Shown here in pieces: positions 13,661-26,680 of a stretch of 64,000 nt of DNA. The stretch's first letter is position 1. The number at the start of each line of letters is the position of its first letter. The stretch lies in NCBI RefSeq assembly GCF_009914755.1, contig NC_060925.1; one strand, 5' to 3'. The notes below the pieces were generated by a model. That model did not search any database and was not told the DNA's origin. It saw only the letters and a list, made by a program, of their open reading frames with translations. The position numbers and the translations under genes were made by a program. This DNA comes from the human T2T-CHM13v2.0 reference genome, Homo sapiens.

Positions 13661-14099
13661 CATGCAGGTCACACAAGATCCTGAGCCGAGCACTGGCAGC
13701 CAGACCTAAATAACTACTCTGTAGGGGTCTGAAATTAGTCAGAGTAGGTCATCCTTCTTGTTTTTATGAAGTCAGGACTCTCCCACACAGGGGTAGGTAA
13801 CTAAAGACTTGGAGTGTGAGTTCTGGAAAGGTCTTCACAGATCTTACAACTGAACTAAGTATTAATTTTTCACATGGAGGAGTGATAATTAAATGCATCT
13901 TTACTATCTATGTGCCATGAACCCAGAATTCTCTTCTTTATTTTAGGAATTATCCTCCAAGGTATCCTGAGAAAGCCTTGAGCGTTCGGAGAAAGTCATC
14001 TGGAAGTCAACATATGATATGAAAATATCTATAGGCCACTATTGACAAATACAAGACTCTTCAGCACCAATGTGGTGCTACCACAGGCCTCTTTAGCTG

Positions 14100-14965
14100 C
14101 CTTCCACCTCCACCTATGTTCCAGACCTGTATACCCAACTGCTTATCTCCATCTGGACATTTCCTGGGCATATTCAACTTTAATATGCCTAAAGTGTTCA
14201 TCACTGCCTTCTCCACAATCTGCTTCCCAAGCCCACTCCTTCTCTAGCTTACATGATTTTTATTAATGGCTCTACAAGGTACCTTCCCCTGCCTATCCCA
14301 CTCAACACCTTATAATCACTCTCTATTCACTCATTCCTCCTTTACCACATTCACTTGGTCACCAGGTACTTCTGATTCTACTTCCTAAAATCCATTCCTT
14401 TTCCTCAGTTCCCACTGCCATTGTCTTAGCTGAGGTCTTAATTATCTCTGCTTCCCATCTCTCTAAGCCAGCCCCCATCTGGCCAATAATTCTTTTTCCA
14501 AACACAAATCTGACCGGATCCTTCCTCTGCTTAAAAACTCAAAAATGGCTTCCTATAGGAGGGAGTTCACCCTTCTCAGTCTAGCAGTGTAATTCCTATT
14601 ACACGCTATTCCCTACCTGCCATTGACTTTGCATACCCTCTTTCCTTTGTTCAAAACACACTTTCCCTAGGAACTCCTAGTCATTTCCAAGACCCTGCTC
14701 ATCCATCACTTCTGTGGTGTGGACTTCACAGATAATTCTGGGGAAGGATCTCCTGCCCTCTCCCCTGGATTAGTCAGTGCCCTGTAGCTACTGCTATTAC
14801 AATGTATATTATCCTGAACTGCAGTTTATTTCTGTATCTGTCTCACTTACCAGACTGAAGCTCCTCAAAAACAGAAACCATCTCATTATCTTTGGACTCC
14901 AAGGCCCTGGTATACTGGCCCGCACACGGTAGGTCTGGCAAATGTTGAATGAATGTATGGAATGG
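14100..14965 (+). mobile_element. L2 3' region
   Basis: ccaactgcttatctccatctggacat...cagactgaagctcctc...aaatgttgaatgaatg L2 tail. Confidence 0.75.
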
Positions 14966-16362
14966 ATGCATCTCCCTCTTTGGTGAAATCAATAACTTAG
15001 TTTGTTGAGTGTTTATTATTCTCTTGGGTTTAGTCTTTAGGGAAGAGGACAGAAGTCATACTCATTTCACAGGCCAAATATTGACAATGCATGGAGGCCA
15101 AAGAAACTTTTGTTTTACAACGCATCTCTTTCCTAAAATTGTATCTGGGATGGGGACAGAGAGGCAGAATTTCAGACAAAAGGAAAGACTTGGTCAGATT
15201 TTCCTGTACAGCTGCCTCTCCAGCCCAGCACTGGGTGAAGGGCAGGCACATCAGACTAAGTGGTTGATGCAACTGAACCAGTTTAAAGGCTGGTAAGACG
15301 CTTGCAGAAGTCTTTAGATAGAACTTGCAAACCATTTGCAAAAGGGTTAGGAACAGGTTACATCAATGCTATGTTTAAGTCCTGCTCTTTGTAACTCAAG
15401 GCTCTCCCATTATCTAACAGAACTTCAGAATGAGGGTTCCTTAAAATTAGCTTCAGGTCCTTATGAGCTGTAGCTGAGCAAATGAAATGCAACTGCTTTA
15501 GAAGGGAGGAGCTTCCAAGATGCTCCAGTGGTCTTTTCCTTCCCTTCCTCGTATAACGCAATCGGTGGCACAATCCCGCTAAGTAGCATGGCATGCTGGC
15601 TGCCGGTGTTCTGTTAAATTAGGGTGAGTGCTTGTCTGTGCTTCAGTTTCCCTTTCGGTTAGGCAGGACTGGTCTTCCCACTAGCTATCATCTATAGTTT
15701 ACTTAACTCTATTATCATATGATGAATCCCGTAAAGCTCTTCAGAATGTTAGGGAAACAGGTCCTATTATGTCCCCCACTCTACCTTCATGGGTGGGATG
15801 GGGGGTCTGGGGGTGGGACCACTGAGAGTCAAAGAAGTTAGGAAGTAATCTGTGTCACAGCAAGCTCCCTGGAAACTCTCAGAATAGCAAACAGGTTTCC
15901 TCTCCGCCCCTGGCTCCACGCCATATTTTCGTTTTGGCTAGTTCCTTAGCTCCAGAGAAAATCTGGCTTCACCTAGAATGGTTTAGAAACACCTAAGCCC
16001 GCGATGCTTTCCGGAGGGTCTCAGGCCTTAGCTTTCTCAGTAAAAAACAGAATTTCCATGTGTCCCCTTCAAAGCGCTCCTACCGGCAGCTGGAGTAAGG
16101 TAACTCCACCGCCGACCTCCGAGGAGTTCATGTGGACTCAGCCCAGGCGCAGAGAGGAAGACTCCTGAGAGTCCTCGCGAAGGAGGGAAACACACCAGAA
16201 CTAAAGTTGTGAAGGCGCAAGAGGCTACTTAGGAATAATTCCTTGTATCTCTGGGGCAGGTCTCATCCTTCTAAAGACAGGAGTGACTGGGCGTCTTCTT
16301 CCAAACAGAGGGCGCTTAAAAATGTATTTTTAAAAAACATAACAGAAAGTCCTGAAACTCAC

Positions 16363-16537
16363 CTTTCGGTCCGCGGAAGGGCTTCCTGCAGGCCCAGGGA
16401 ATCTCCTGGTTGCTGCCCCGTCTGACAGCGCCCCGTGCCCTGGAGGGAGGTGTGGGTTCCTTTTTGGTTGCCTCTGCACTCCCACCCCGAGCCAGGTCTG
16501 GCGTGTAGGGCCCCGGGGCCGGCCAAGGTCGTGGGAG
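16363..16537 (-). other. Candidate non-coding first exon
   Basis: Consensus donor AAG|GTGAGT at 16363/16362 directly downstream of the GC-box array; no ATG in this interval; TSS position inferred. Confidence 0.65.
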
Positions 16538-16575
16538 CCGCCCGCCCCGCCCCGCCCCGCCCCGCCCCGCCCCGC
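16538..16575 (-). repeat. Tandem (GGGGC)n Sp/KLF-box array with G-quadruplex potential
   Basis: ccgcccgccccgccccgccccgccccgccccgccccgc, about 7 pentamer units. Confidence 0.9.
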
Positions 16576-17845
16576 TCCACCCCCGCGCGTACCTGCCGCT
16601 GCCGCCGAGGGCAGCGCCCTCTGTGTTCCCTGCCTTCCTACGGGCCGACGCCTGGCATAGTTGAGGTTTCGCTCCAACTCTGTCCTGCCCCTGATGTCAC
16701 AGGCACAACTTCCTGAATCTGGCTCGCCGTTCCGCCCGCTCCAGGGGCTCGGCCCAGGCTTTCCACCCTGGGCCAGCCCACCTCGGGTGCCTCTGGCCTT
16801 GGGCGCACACGCCCCAGACGCGCCCTCCCTCCCCGTCTTCCCGCCGGTGGCTCCCCACTCCCCGCCCCCCGCCATTACGTGTCCTTGCCCCCTCAGTCCC
16901 GGAACACGCCTCCTTCAGGACACAGCGGCTGCGGAGCCAGCCCCGGTGTCTCTCACAGACGCACCAGTGTTCCAGGAATGGGACACAGAACTCCGGGCAA
17001 ACCCGGCTTCAGGGAAAACAGCTGCCTAAATAGAGGGCCTTCCTGGAAGGGGTGGGAGGCGTTGGAGAGGGATACCATGCGGCAGATTGGGTGAAGGCTC
17101 CGATGTCTTATCGGGACAAATGAGCATGACAGTCCCCTCTAGCCAACGCCGGTTGCTCCAAGGGGTGCAGGTGACATCTCAGAAGAGTCTTTGTCTCTGC
17201 TGCCTGGAGGCGCTAAGGAAAACTGCGCCCCAGGAGCTGTCTGTCACAAGCAAATGACGGAGGGGAAAGCTGACTTCAAAAAGTTCTCAGGGGTTCTTCC
17301 CTCTCATCCTCAGCTGCTCCCCATCTACTTTCTATTCAGATCTCTTGGCTCTAGTTCCGAGCACATGGGATGCTAGGAAATGAAAAGACCTGCGCCCCTT
17401 TTAATAGGGGACTCCAGACACAAAGCTCTGATGATTCAGAGCTTGTTCAGTGCCTCCAGGGATACTGTGGGTGGGAAAAGAGGGGGATGCCAGGACCTGG
17501 CTGTGGATCATCTCAGGGGCCTCCTCAGTGTCATCCTGGGAGGTCCTCCCTGACAAGGGCCTGAAATGCTGTTCCCTCGACTGTATTTGCCAGGTACACA
17601 GGTACCAGGTGCCAGGTGCTGAACCAGGACTTGCCCTCCATCGACTGTGCCTGAGTATGGGTGTCCTTTGGCTTCTGCAAGTGGGCATTAAAATGACTGC
17701 TGCAACCAACTGTCACAACTGAGATTCAAGAGATTCCTTTCTGTTTATTCAGGAGAAACCACGTGGCTCTGAGTTGAAAGGCCAAAGAGAAAACCCACCA
17801 TCCAGCCTGAAACGCCAAAAATGGCTAGAAAAAGAGGAAAATAAG

Positions 17846-17846
<1 letters not shown>

Positions 17847-17884
<38 letters not shown>

Positions 17885-17890
17885 TTTTTT
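17847..17890. repeat. (ATTT)n microsatellite
   Basis: Direct reading. Confidence 0.9.
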
Positions 17891-18149
17891 ACAGAGGAAG
17901 ACTAGATTCACAAGCCGGGAGAAGCTCAAATCTGTAATGACACTTTGAGCCTGCAGTTGTCTACCTATGTACAATGTACCTATGTACCTATGTAGGTTCC
18001 TCTAAAACTCCTGGAGCCTAAGGCCAGAGTATAGAGTCTAACAGGGCCATGAGGAAGACAGGCCTGGGATGGATGATAGTAAGGCCTTGAATGCTGGCCT
18101 GAAAATTTGGGAATGGGGATCTCCTGCCTGGAGGTTTACACACAGTGTA

Positions 18150-18340
18150 TCATTCAACCTTTCACAACACATTTATGAGAGGTAGTATTATCCTCATTGT
18201 ACAGGTGAGGAAATTGTGGTTGAGAGGAAGCTAAGGAAGTTCCTCAAGGTCACATAGCTAATAAATGGTAGAGCCAGGTTTGAATCCAAGTGTTTCCAAC
18301 CGCCGCTCCCCCTGACCCAGTGCATCCTTTTACCACCATA
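18150..18340 (-). mobile_element. MIR
   Basis: attatcctcattgtacaggtgaggaaattgtgg...aaggtcacatagctaataaatggtagagccagg. Confidence 0.8.
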
Positions 18341-19559
18341 TCATCTAGTAGAGGAGGAACTTGCCTTCTGTGAAGGAATTCCACACTTGAGCAGGGATCA
18401 TGTACAGGTCTTGAATGACGCCTATTGCGGGGAGGCCATAGAAAATACTTTCCTGAAAGTCTGGAGCAACATTACAGATTGGTTCTGGCCAGGGTGATGG
18501 GTATGTAGGGTTGCTTTTAAGAGAAAAGAGGAAGAAACTAAATGAGAAAAACAGGGGCAATCGAATTGAGCTCAGGGCTTCATGGACATGGTTGTCTGAT
18601 CGTAGAAAGGAAACCAGGGCCATCCATAAGATGGTATCTCTAGCTATCTCAATTCATAAGGAGAAAAGTCTAATGCTGAAAACCAGAAAATTCTGTGGCA
18701 GAGAAATCAGGGACTTATAGGTGGGCTGGATGGTGGATTTACTCACACTAGACTGCCAAGGCTGCAAAGTCTGTTGCTGTATTGACACTACTAGAAGATG
18801 CAATTATGCAGAAGAAAAGAAGTGGGCATCTGGCAAGGATGTTTTCACCCTGGATGAATGATGTGTTCCTTATGAAAAAGCAGGTTGGAACACCCACCTA
18901 CTATTTTATTCCTTGGCAGTAAAATCCTAACTCCTATGAACTCATGAACAGCCCCAGGCAGCAACAGGGCTACTACGTTTTGCTTAATCCTTATTATTTT
19001 TCTTGTTTTCAGTAAGGATATTTGAAGTTGGTCAAGAGCTTAGTGGGCACTAAATGGAGTAGAACAAAATATTAACTTTTTTTTTTTAAAAAAGAAGCCA
19101 AAATAAAGCAGATTCGTGCACTGAGACTGGAAATTGGAACCCCTTTTTGACCACTCCTCACTAGCTTTAGCACCTGCTGATCTCTGGTTTCACATCAGTA
19201 TGTTGCAGAAAACAGGGGTTGCCTCCCTCTCAGATACTGTAAAAATCAGTGGAGTGCTAAGTATTGAACTTAGTCTGCTTTGAAGCTAAGACTGACTACA
19301 CTTGGATTTCTTTCTTGGCAATGCCCTATTTCAGACAGGTTAACTTGCAGTATTGGCCAGTACTGATCCACCTGTGCTGCCTGGAGACAGTTTCCCATGA
19401 GTTTGCAAACCCAGAGTCTAGAAGCTGTGTCTTTTATAATGTGGTTGCATCCAGGACAGTGCTGCACAAAATTGGACACATTTTTCAGGTGTGGGAAATT
19501 TTAAATTGAGAACATTATTTTACTCTTACCAATAACTGTGGTGTATTCTTGCCTGCAAC

Positions 19560-19900
19560 ACTGTGAGAGGGTCTAGAAGGTTAAAACGGGGATAGGGAAA
19601 GTCCCCAAATAGCAACATGGATGTTCTGAGGAACTGAGTAGAAGTCACAGGGCTGCTGACAAGGAGAAGGCTGTTAGGAGGAAATGATCAGACTATAAAT
19701 GGTGTGGATATGATGAGCACAGACTTGTTCATCAGATCCTGAAATATAGCAGTGCTTTGGAACCACGAGTGGGGCAAGTTCAGGACAAGTCAGCGGAAAT
19801 ACTACTTCATGCAGCAGGTAATAAATTTATGGAATGAATTATCTCCCAGAGGTGGTACAAACTGGCAACATAAATGGATTCCAGAAGAGTGAATGGCAGA
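19560..19900 (+). mobile_element. Ancient CR1/L3 LINE 3' ORF2 fragment
   Basis: gagaaggctgttaggaggaaatgatc...aagttcaggacaag...tactacttcatgcagcaggtaataaatttatggaa matches the CR1 C-terminal pattern. Confidence 0.55.
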
Positions 19901-20555
19901 GGCATAAAGAGAGCTGCAGGAAGCAGAGATATACTCCATGTGGTGGGGAGTTCAGGGTGGCCCAATGAGGCCTTACACAGTGTGTACCTGGGGGTCTTTG
20001 TGGTCAAAAGAGTCCTGGCCTCCATAGGGCTTGGATTGGAGCTGACTGGCAGCACCAACACTACCTCCCTAATTCTTCAGCCTCTGTGGCCTTTGCTTTA
20101 TGAAGGCAGCAAAACCATGTTCTTTTTACCTGAGACTTACAGCCCATTTAAAATGCATTGCTTCTTTATTTTGACTTTCGACTTCTGAACAGATTTGAGT
20201 GTCTGCTTCCATACTGGTTACCATATTTAGCTCTTGCAATTAGATTTCTGTTCAGGTCTTCCTCCTAAATTATCTAATTCTGACATAAGTTACTCTAATT
20301 ATGAAAGCTTTTTAAAAAAAACAAAAAACAAAAAACAGGAGTTAACAATATACTTTCCTTGGGAGCTTTTTTTTTAATGCGGCATCCAAAATGTCTTCAT
20401 TGCTACATCCAGGATGCCTGGCAAAATGTTGCTTTTACAGCTATAGCTCCAAATCTTGGCCCTGGAGGAGGTTTAGGAAGCTCTTGGATGTCTCCTCTAA
20501 TAATCTACCTGTCTCCCACCACACACATGCCCCTCTGCTCCATGCACTTTGTGCC

Positions 20556-20850
20556 TTTTTTTTTTTTTTAGATGGAGTCTTGCTCTGTCGCCCAGGCTGG
20601 AGTGCAGTGGTGCGATCTCGGCTCACTGCAAGCTCCGCCTCCCGGGTTCATGCCATTCTCATGCCTCAGCCTCCTGAACAGCTGGGACTACAGGTGCCCG
20701 CCACCACACCTAGCTAATTTTTTTGTATATTTAATAGAGACTGGATTTCAGCGTACTAGCCAGGATGGTCTCGATCTCCTGACCTCGTGATCCGCCCGCC
20801 TCGGCCTCCCAAAGTGCTGGGATTACAGGCTTGAGCCACCGCGCCCAGCC
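20556..20850 (-). mobile_element. AluY
   Basis: Diagnostic ctgcaagctccgcctcccgggttca and tagccaggatggtctcgatc; TSD cactttgtgc at 20545-20554 and 20851-20860. Confidence 0.95.
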
Positions 20851-22675
20851 CACTTTGTGCTTTCTTGAGTACTCCTGTAAGTTCTAGAGATAGTACATCA
20901 TGCCCCACCTCTTCCAGTATGGAGGTCAAGGTGGGCTGGTGGCTTAGAAAGCCCTTTGTTTATACTTCTGGGGCACAAAAGGGCTCAGTTTCCATTTTCT
21001 GTTTCTGGCTCACAGCCCCCCACCCTGAGTTGTGTCTTGAAAGCTATTTTTACAGCACTATCACTGGCAGTCATAAACTGGCCAGGGCTATTCTTCAGAC
21101 CCTTTGCTGGGATTCAGCATTGGCTTTGTTCAGATGTAAAAAACAGGCCTCTGAATTCCATTTTGTGGCAGGGGTCTCGGTGTGGGGAGAGAGCCCCACA
21201 GAGTTCTCATTTTGCCTCTCTTTGTGGTTTCCCTTGTCATCTGTTCTTCCCTTGGGGATGGGTTTACATATCAATTTATTGAGCGAGCCCATCGTGTGGG
21301 TTTCATGAAGTAGCATTTACATGGTCTGGGTAGAACACTTCTTGTCACTTTGTCAGAGAGATTCCTGGGAAACCCCAGCTTGCCCTGCCCAGTGCATTCA
21401 TTCTGGCAGAAGTTTCTGTCAAGGCTGAAATTGTTCATTCCTCTTGCCCTGAGGGCCCACAAAGTAATATGGCTTTGAAATTTACTTCCTTAACTAGTTC
21501 AGTGACTCAGAACATCAATGTTGCCACAAACAAACTTCCTCTCCCAAGGCTGGCTCATTCATAACAGGTAAAAGGAAGGGCTGACAAAAACATCACAGAA
21601 CAATGGGATAGCCTTCATTTATCAAGTTGCAAAAGTACACTCACTCACTGTGTTTTAATTACTATTGACTTTCTCTGTGCCAGGCACTGTGCTAAACTGC
21701 TTATACATATTGCCTTTAAATTTCTAACAACACTGTGAGGTACTGTTATAATACCAATCTAATAGGTGTGGAAACTAAGATTTGGAAAATTTAAAAATTT
21801 GTTAAAGATCAGTAAGTGGCAGACAGAGATTTCAATAAATAGTAGTGAGAAATACTTTTATTCAGCACAGATATGTTCCCAGCGTCATGCAAAATATTAG
21901 ATTTGCAAAAATGAATGAGACTCTGGTCTAGTGAAACTAAAGTTTCAACCCAGAATTTTCTGAATTCAGAGCCCGATTGCTACTCACCTTAATCAGCTGG
22001 ACAGGTGTGGGATATCCGTGGGGCAGAATTAAATTACTGATTCTGGGATGATAACAATAATAATGACATATTATTATGATGACAATAATAAAACCTGGAG
22101 CTTTGTAAGTTTTCAGTGATGTTTCATGTAGATTATTTACTTTGATCCAACCTTTGTTAAGGGAGCAAGCTCAATGAGGAGCTGGGGACTGAAGAGGCTG
22201 CTGCCCATGGTAGTTGCATGACTGGACTAAAACCAGGGGGTCTGGCTTGTAGTCCAAAAATCTCTACTTGCAGAATGCAAGAATGTATCTGGAGAGACAC
22301 ATTCCAGGAATATCTCTTGGTAGCATACTGAAGTGGTCATCAGGAAGTAACTGGAATCAAAGCCCAGACTGATGAACTCATGCAGAATATGGATATCAGC
22401 CTTGGAGGGAATTCTTGCACTTGGGAAAGCTATAAAATGGCTATAAAAGTGCTTCAAATTTCTGCACTGAAGTATCTCTAAAAGATAGGAAATTGTTGCT
22501 TTAGGAAGACATTATTTAATATCTTGTGGCTTCACATACACTTGACACACATTTTCATACACCTTTGCGGATGTATGCACCACAGTTTGAGAAGCATAGT
22601 ATCAGATGACCTATGAAACTGCATTAGAACTGTGCCCTAACCAACTGAACTAATAAATACAGCAATAGAATTTCG

Positions 22676-22715
22676 TCCATCCATCCATCCATCCATCCAT
22701 CCATCCATCCATCCA
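22676..22715. repeat. (TCCA)n microsatellite
   Basis: About 10 units read directly. Confidence 0.95.
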
Positions 22716-23459
22716 CTGAAAAATTTTTATGAAGAACCTGCCATAACCTCGGCACTGTGCTGGGTAGGCACTATGATATGATATGATAGCATATAGAAGC
22801 TCCCGAGGAATTTACACTCTAATGCGGAACTGACCATTGAAATGATTAGCAGTAGTAGAAACTACTTATAATGAAGTGCTAAATTTTGTAATTTGGATTT
22901 GAGGGCAGTGAGGGCTGGAGCACTCATGGAAACCTTCCTGATGGAGGTGGGTTGACCAGAATGTGGGAGGTGCAGAAGCATTTGAAGATAGGGAAAGACA
23001 GAATGGTTTCTAGTTGTCCACAGTCTGAACAAAGGTGTGGAGAAGGGATAAACATGGTAGGACTTTTTTGGTAAGTAATGTTAATTATTTGATGATTCTT
23101 TCTCTCTCTCTCTCTATCTCTCTCCCCTCCACCCACCTCTTTCTTGTCAATGCAGAAAACTAGGGAAAGACTCAAAACAATGGAGAAAAACAAAATATCC
23201 ATAATTCTGGTAACCAAAATGTAACATTTTGGTATGGGCTATTTTTGTCTTTTAGAAATAGAGTTTGTATGTAGGTAATTGTGGCCACTGCAGATTTTGA
23301 ACAGTGGGCTGACCAATCTGAAAGACAGTTAATCTGGTGGACTTTTGCAGGATTTATTAGAGTGGGGAGAGACTGGGAGACTGAAGTCAGAAACTCCAAC
23401 CTAGTAAAAGGCCACCATATACTCTAGCTCCTGCCTTTAAAACTAACTAGCTAACTCAC

Positions 23460-23610
23460 TAGTTGCCTTGATCAATGATGAGTTTCTCCATCACTGAAGC
23501 AATTCACACAGAGACTGGATGACCACCTGGAGGGGTGCTGTGGAGGGGACTGCCATACCTGGAGAGAGGATTTAGTAGTCCATATGACCTCTTTCAATCC
23601 CAAGATTCCA
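23460..23610 (+). mobile_element. CR1/L3-like 3' end
   Basis: ccatcactgaagcaattc...gactggatgaccacctg...tgacctctttcaatcccaagattc. Confidence 0.5.
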
Positions 23611-25429
23611 GGGCTTACATTGTTAGCTGTGGAAATTTCACATTCAAATAAATTATGAGTTCTCTCCTATTTCTTATGTTTTGACAGCAATTGCTTTGCT
23701 TAGTACATATTATTGGGTAACATAGTAAATGTTATTGGGCACAAGAAATCAACTAACTTTGAGGGGCTTGGGTTAAGCTCATATGGATTTTAGCACTGCT
23801 GTGTTATTATTTGGGAGCTGCCTTTACATGGGAAACATTTAAGGAGAAACTCTTACCTCTACCCAATCTCTACCTGCCTGGGTCCCAGCTCAGTCACCAC
23901 CTCCTTGACTCCCCAAGACGGAGGTAGAAGCCTCTCCTTTGTATTCTCACAGGACTCCATGCTGACCCAGCATGAAGCCTGCCCCGCAGTAATGAAATTA
24001 CCTGTTTCTCTGTCTCCCACACTGCACTGTGAGCTCTTGTGAGCAGGAAGTGTCTGGCAAATGGTAAGTTGTTGGTCAACATTTGTTAGTGAATGAAGAC
24101 CCTCGGCCACAAGGCCAGATCTGGGAGCTTTAGAAGCTTTCTCTGAGCAGGGATGAGCATGATGCTCTTCCTTGTGCACTTACCTCCTTGTGAGTGCCCA
24201 AAGCATTGGGTTCTTTCCTTCCTCAGTATGGCTCTGGGGTCTGCAGTTCTGTGTCCTCATGAAAGACAGAAAGTATAACTGGAATTATGCATGAAAAAAA
24301 ATCATGAGAGGGGAAAGTACATAATAAAAGGTGACATGGGCTCAGAGTATGGCAAGGGCAAGGCTAAGAGGCCCTTCTGAAACCAGATCAGGTGCACACT
24401 TTTCCTAAAGCCACTGTGCCAGTTCTAGGAAAGAACCTCTCTGCTACTCCTTTGCCTTGGAACTCCCTTCTCGAAACATCCAATCCTGTTCCAGACCAAC
24501 AGAAAGAACACACTGCAGCTGCTATTATTCCCCACTTCCAGCATTACAGTGTTCTTTCTCGGGCTCCTGATGTTGCCAGCTGTTGACAAGGGCTGGGCAG
24601 GGAAAAATTGCTGCAGGCTCATCAGGAATTCTGGACACAGAATGTAAGTCTGAAAGATGCTGGATCTGAGTTCCTGTGAGAATCACACAGGTTCCAACTA
24701 CAGCCTAAGTGAAGAGGGGAAAAAATCTACAAGCTTATTTTCCACCACTCCAACAGAGTCATTAGGCAACACAGTTTTCAGTGGTTCTAAAAACCATGTG
24801 GGCAAAAGGTTATTTATTCCTATATATGGCCAGAAAATAGCCCAATCTCAGGGCTGGCTTCCTGGTTGACGCTGTCCAGTTTTTCCAGACCTGCAGACTC
24901 CAGAGACTTCCAGGCTGGACATTGGTTTCTGTGGCCTGCATGTAATTAGTTTGGCAATGGAAAATGTGGCTCCCAGCGTGACTGCCCCTACTTTTCCTCA
25001 TCCCCCAACCCCTCAACCCTTGCCTCCCTTAGAATGCTGCAGCTAAAGAGCAAAGAATGAAGCTCTCCCAGCTGCGCGCTCTGCTAAAAATAGAAAGTTT
25101 ATTTATTTTATGTTCATGAAGCCCTTTTCCTGCTGTTGCTGTTGTTATGAGTGTAACTCCCAGGCAGGAAGGGGATTGACTGCACTGGTCTCCGGCCAAG
25201 TGAGTTCTATCCTATGTTGAGGGATCTAATAGAGCCATTAGGGGTCAGGGGATTTGGTGATCTGTTTCTTTTTTGAGCCTGTCCTTTCCTAGCTGATACC
25301 TGCTGTCCAGAAAGCCGGGTGTGTGTTTCTTGGTTTTTAGAGGATCTGCTTGGATATACTTCCCTTTCAGATGCGACCTTCCCTTTACTTATGATGTATT
25401 CACAGGGGAGGCATAGCCAGAGGAAGCAG

Positions 25430-25620
25430 CACTGAGCTAACAGGCAAGAAGCCTCAGTTTTTCGTCCAGTTTTGTTACCTGGCTTTGTGACCTTGAGCAA
25501 GTCACAACTTCTTCGAACCTCAGTTTCCTCATCTATAAAATAGAGATAACAACATATGCCTAGAACACAAGTGTGATAATGGATATGAAACAACTTTGAG
25601 ATGTTCAAGATATCAGTAGA
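25430..25620 (+). mobile_element. MIR
   Basis: tgtgaccttgagcaagtcacaacttc...cctcagtttcctcatctataaaatagagataa. Confidence 0.85.
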
Positions 25621-25826
25621 TGGATTATTGTCTAGTTTTACTAAACCCGAGTTTCTCAAGTGTGTCCAAAAGATAGATATTTCCTTTGCCCCAGAGGGCT
25701 CTTCACTCCCTCTCTCCCAAAAGGAGGAGTAGAAGGGGGAGAAGAAAATAGTACCTGGGGGAGCATATTTTGATATTTCCTATGAAATATGCTAGAAACA
25801 AACTCATGTTGAAACACCTGAGAGGT

Positions 25827-26161
25827 GGTCGGGCACAGTGGCTCATGCCTATAATCCCAGCACTTTGGGAGGCCAAGGCAGGTGGATCATTTGAGGTCAG
25901 GAATTTGAGACCAGCCAGGCAACATGGCAAAACCCCATCTCTACTAAAAATACAAAAATTGGCTGGGTGTGGTGGTGCACACCTGTAATCCCAGCTACTC
26001 GAGAGGCTGAGGCAGGAGAATTGCTTGAGCCCAGGAGAAGGAAGTTATAGTGAGCCAAGATCGGGCCACTGCACTCCAGCCTGAGCAACAGAGCGAGACT
26101 CTGTATCTTAAAAAAAAAAAACCCAAAAAAACAAAAAAAGCAAGCCTCCCCCCAGAAAAGA
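25827..26161 (+). mobile_element. Alu (S/J type), full length
   Basis: Dimer plus A tail; TSD gaaa(c/t)acctgagaggt at 25811-25826 and 26162-26177. Confidence 0.95.
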
Positions 26162-26680
26162 GAAATACCTGAGAGGTGATCAAGGCTTTAATAAATGATC
26201 CTGGATGACAGCAGGGGAAATATTCAACATTCTGTTAGCTTGCTGTGGGCTTTGGAGTAACAGTTATATTACTGTGTGTCTTATTTCCCACCTCATTGTG
26301 TACTGCCATTATTAATAGTTGATTTTCCCAGCCAGAAGGGACTTCCATTTGCTCAGCCTTCTAGATCACTTGGTTCATACCACACATGTAGTGCCTATGA
26401 CATGTTTTCCAGACATCATCTTGGAGTGCCATCATTGACACTTACTTTCCCCTCTAAGATCCTAACAGCTGAGGGCAGGGCTGTGTTGGCTATGTCTTTA
26501 AGTCACCTGGAGCCCCCTATCACTATTGTGTTTGCATGGAGAATCAGGCCATATCTAGGCTGGTCCTGGTGCCTGGTGCCCTGTATCCGACAGGGTTCTT
26601 GATTGTAAGTCACAAAATAACAGCTTTGGATGATATAAATGGAAAAGAAATTTATTTGAATCAGGGCTCTTGCTTTTCTT

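Larger units (their letters stand above)
15900..17250. promoter_or_regulatory. CpG-island promoter
   Basis: Sharp local rise in GC and CpG (core about 16360-17010), GC boxes, ETS acttcctg and CRE-like tgatgtca (about 16692-16715), adjacent first-exon donor. Confidence 0.85.

Noticed and set aside
16330-17094. GC-rich ORFs up to 181 aa at the CpG island
   Set aside because: Stop-poor GC sequence and low-complexity G/R/P/A peptides with no recognisable domain.
20821-20850. acaggcttgagcc variant in the AluY hinting at an Old World monkey subfamily
   Set aside because: A single substitution at a mutable site is not enough to assign species.
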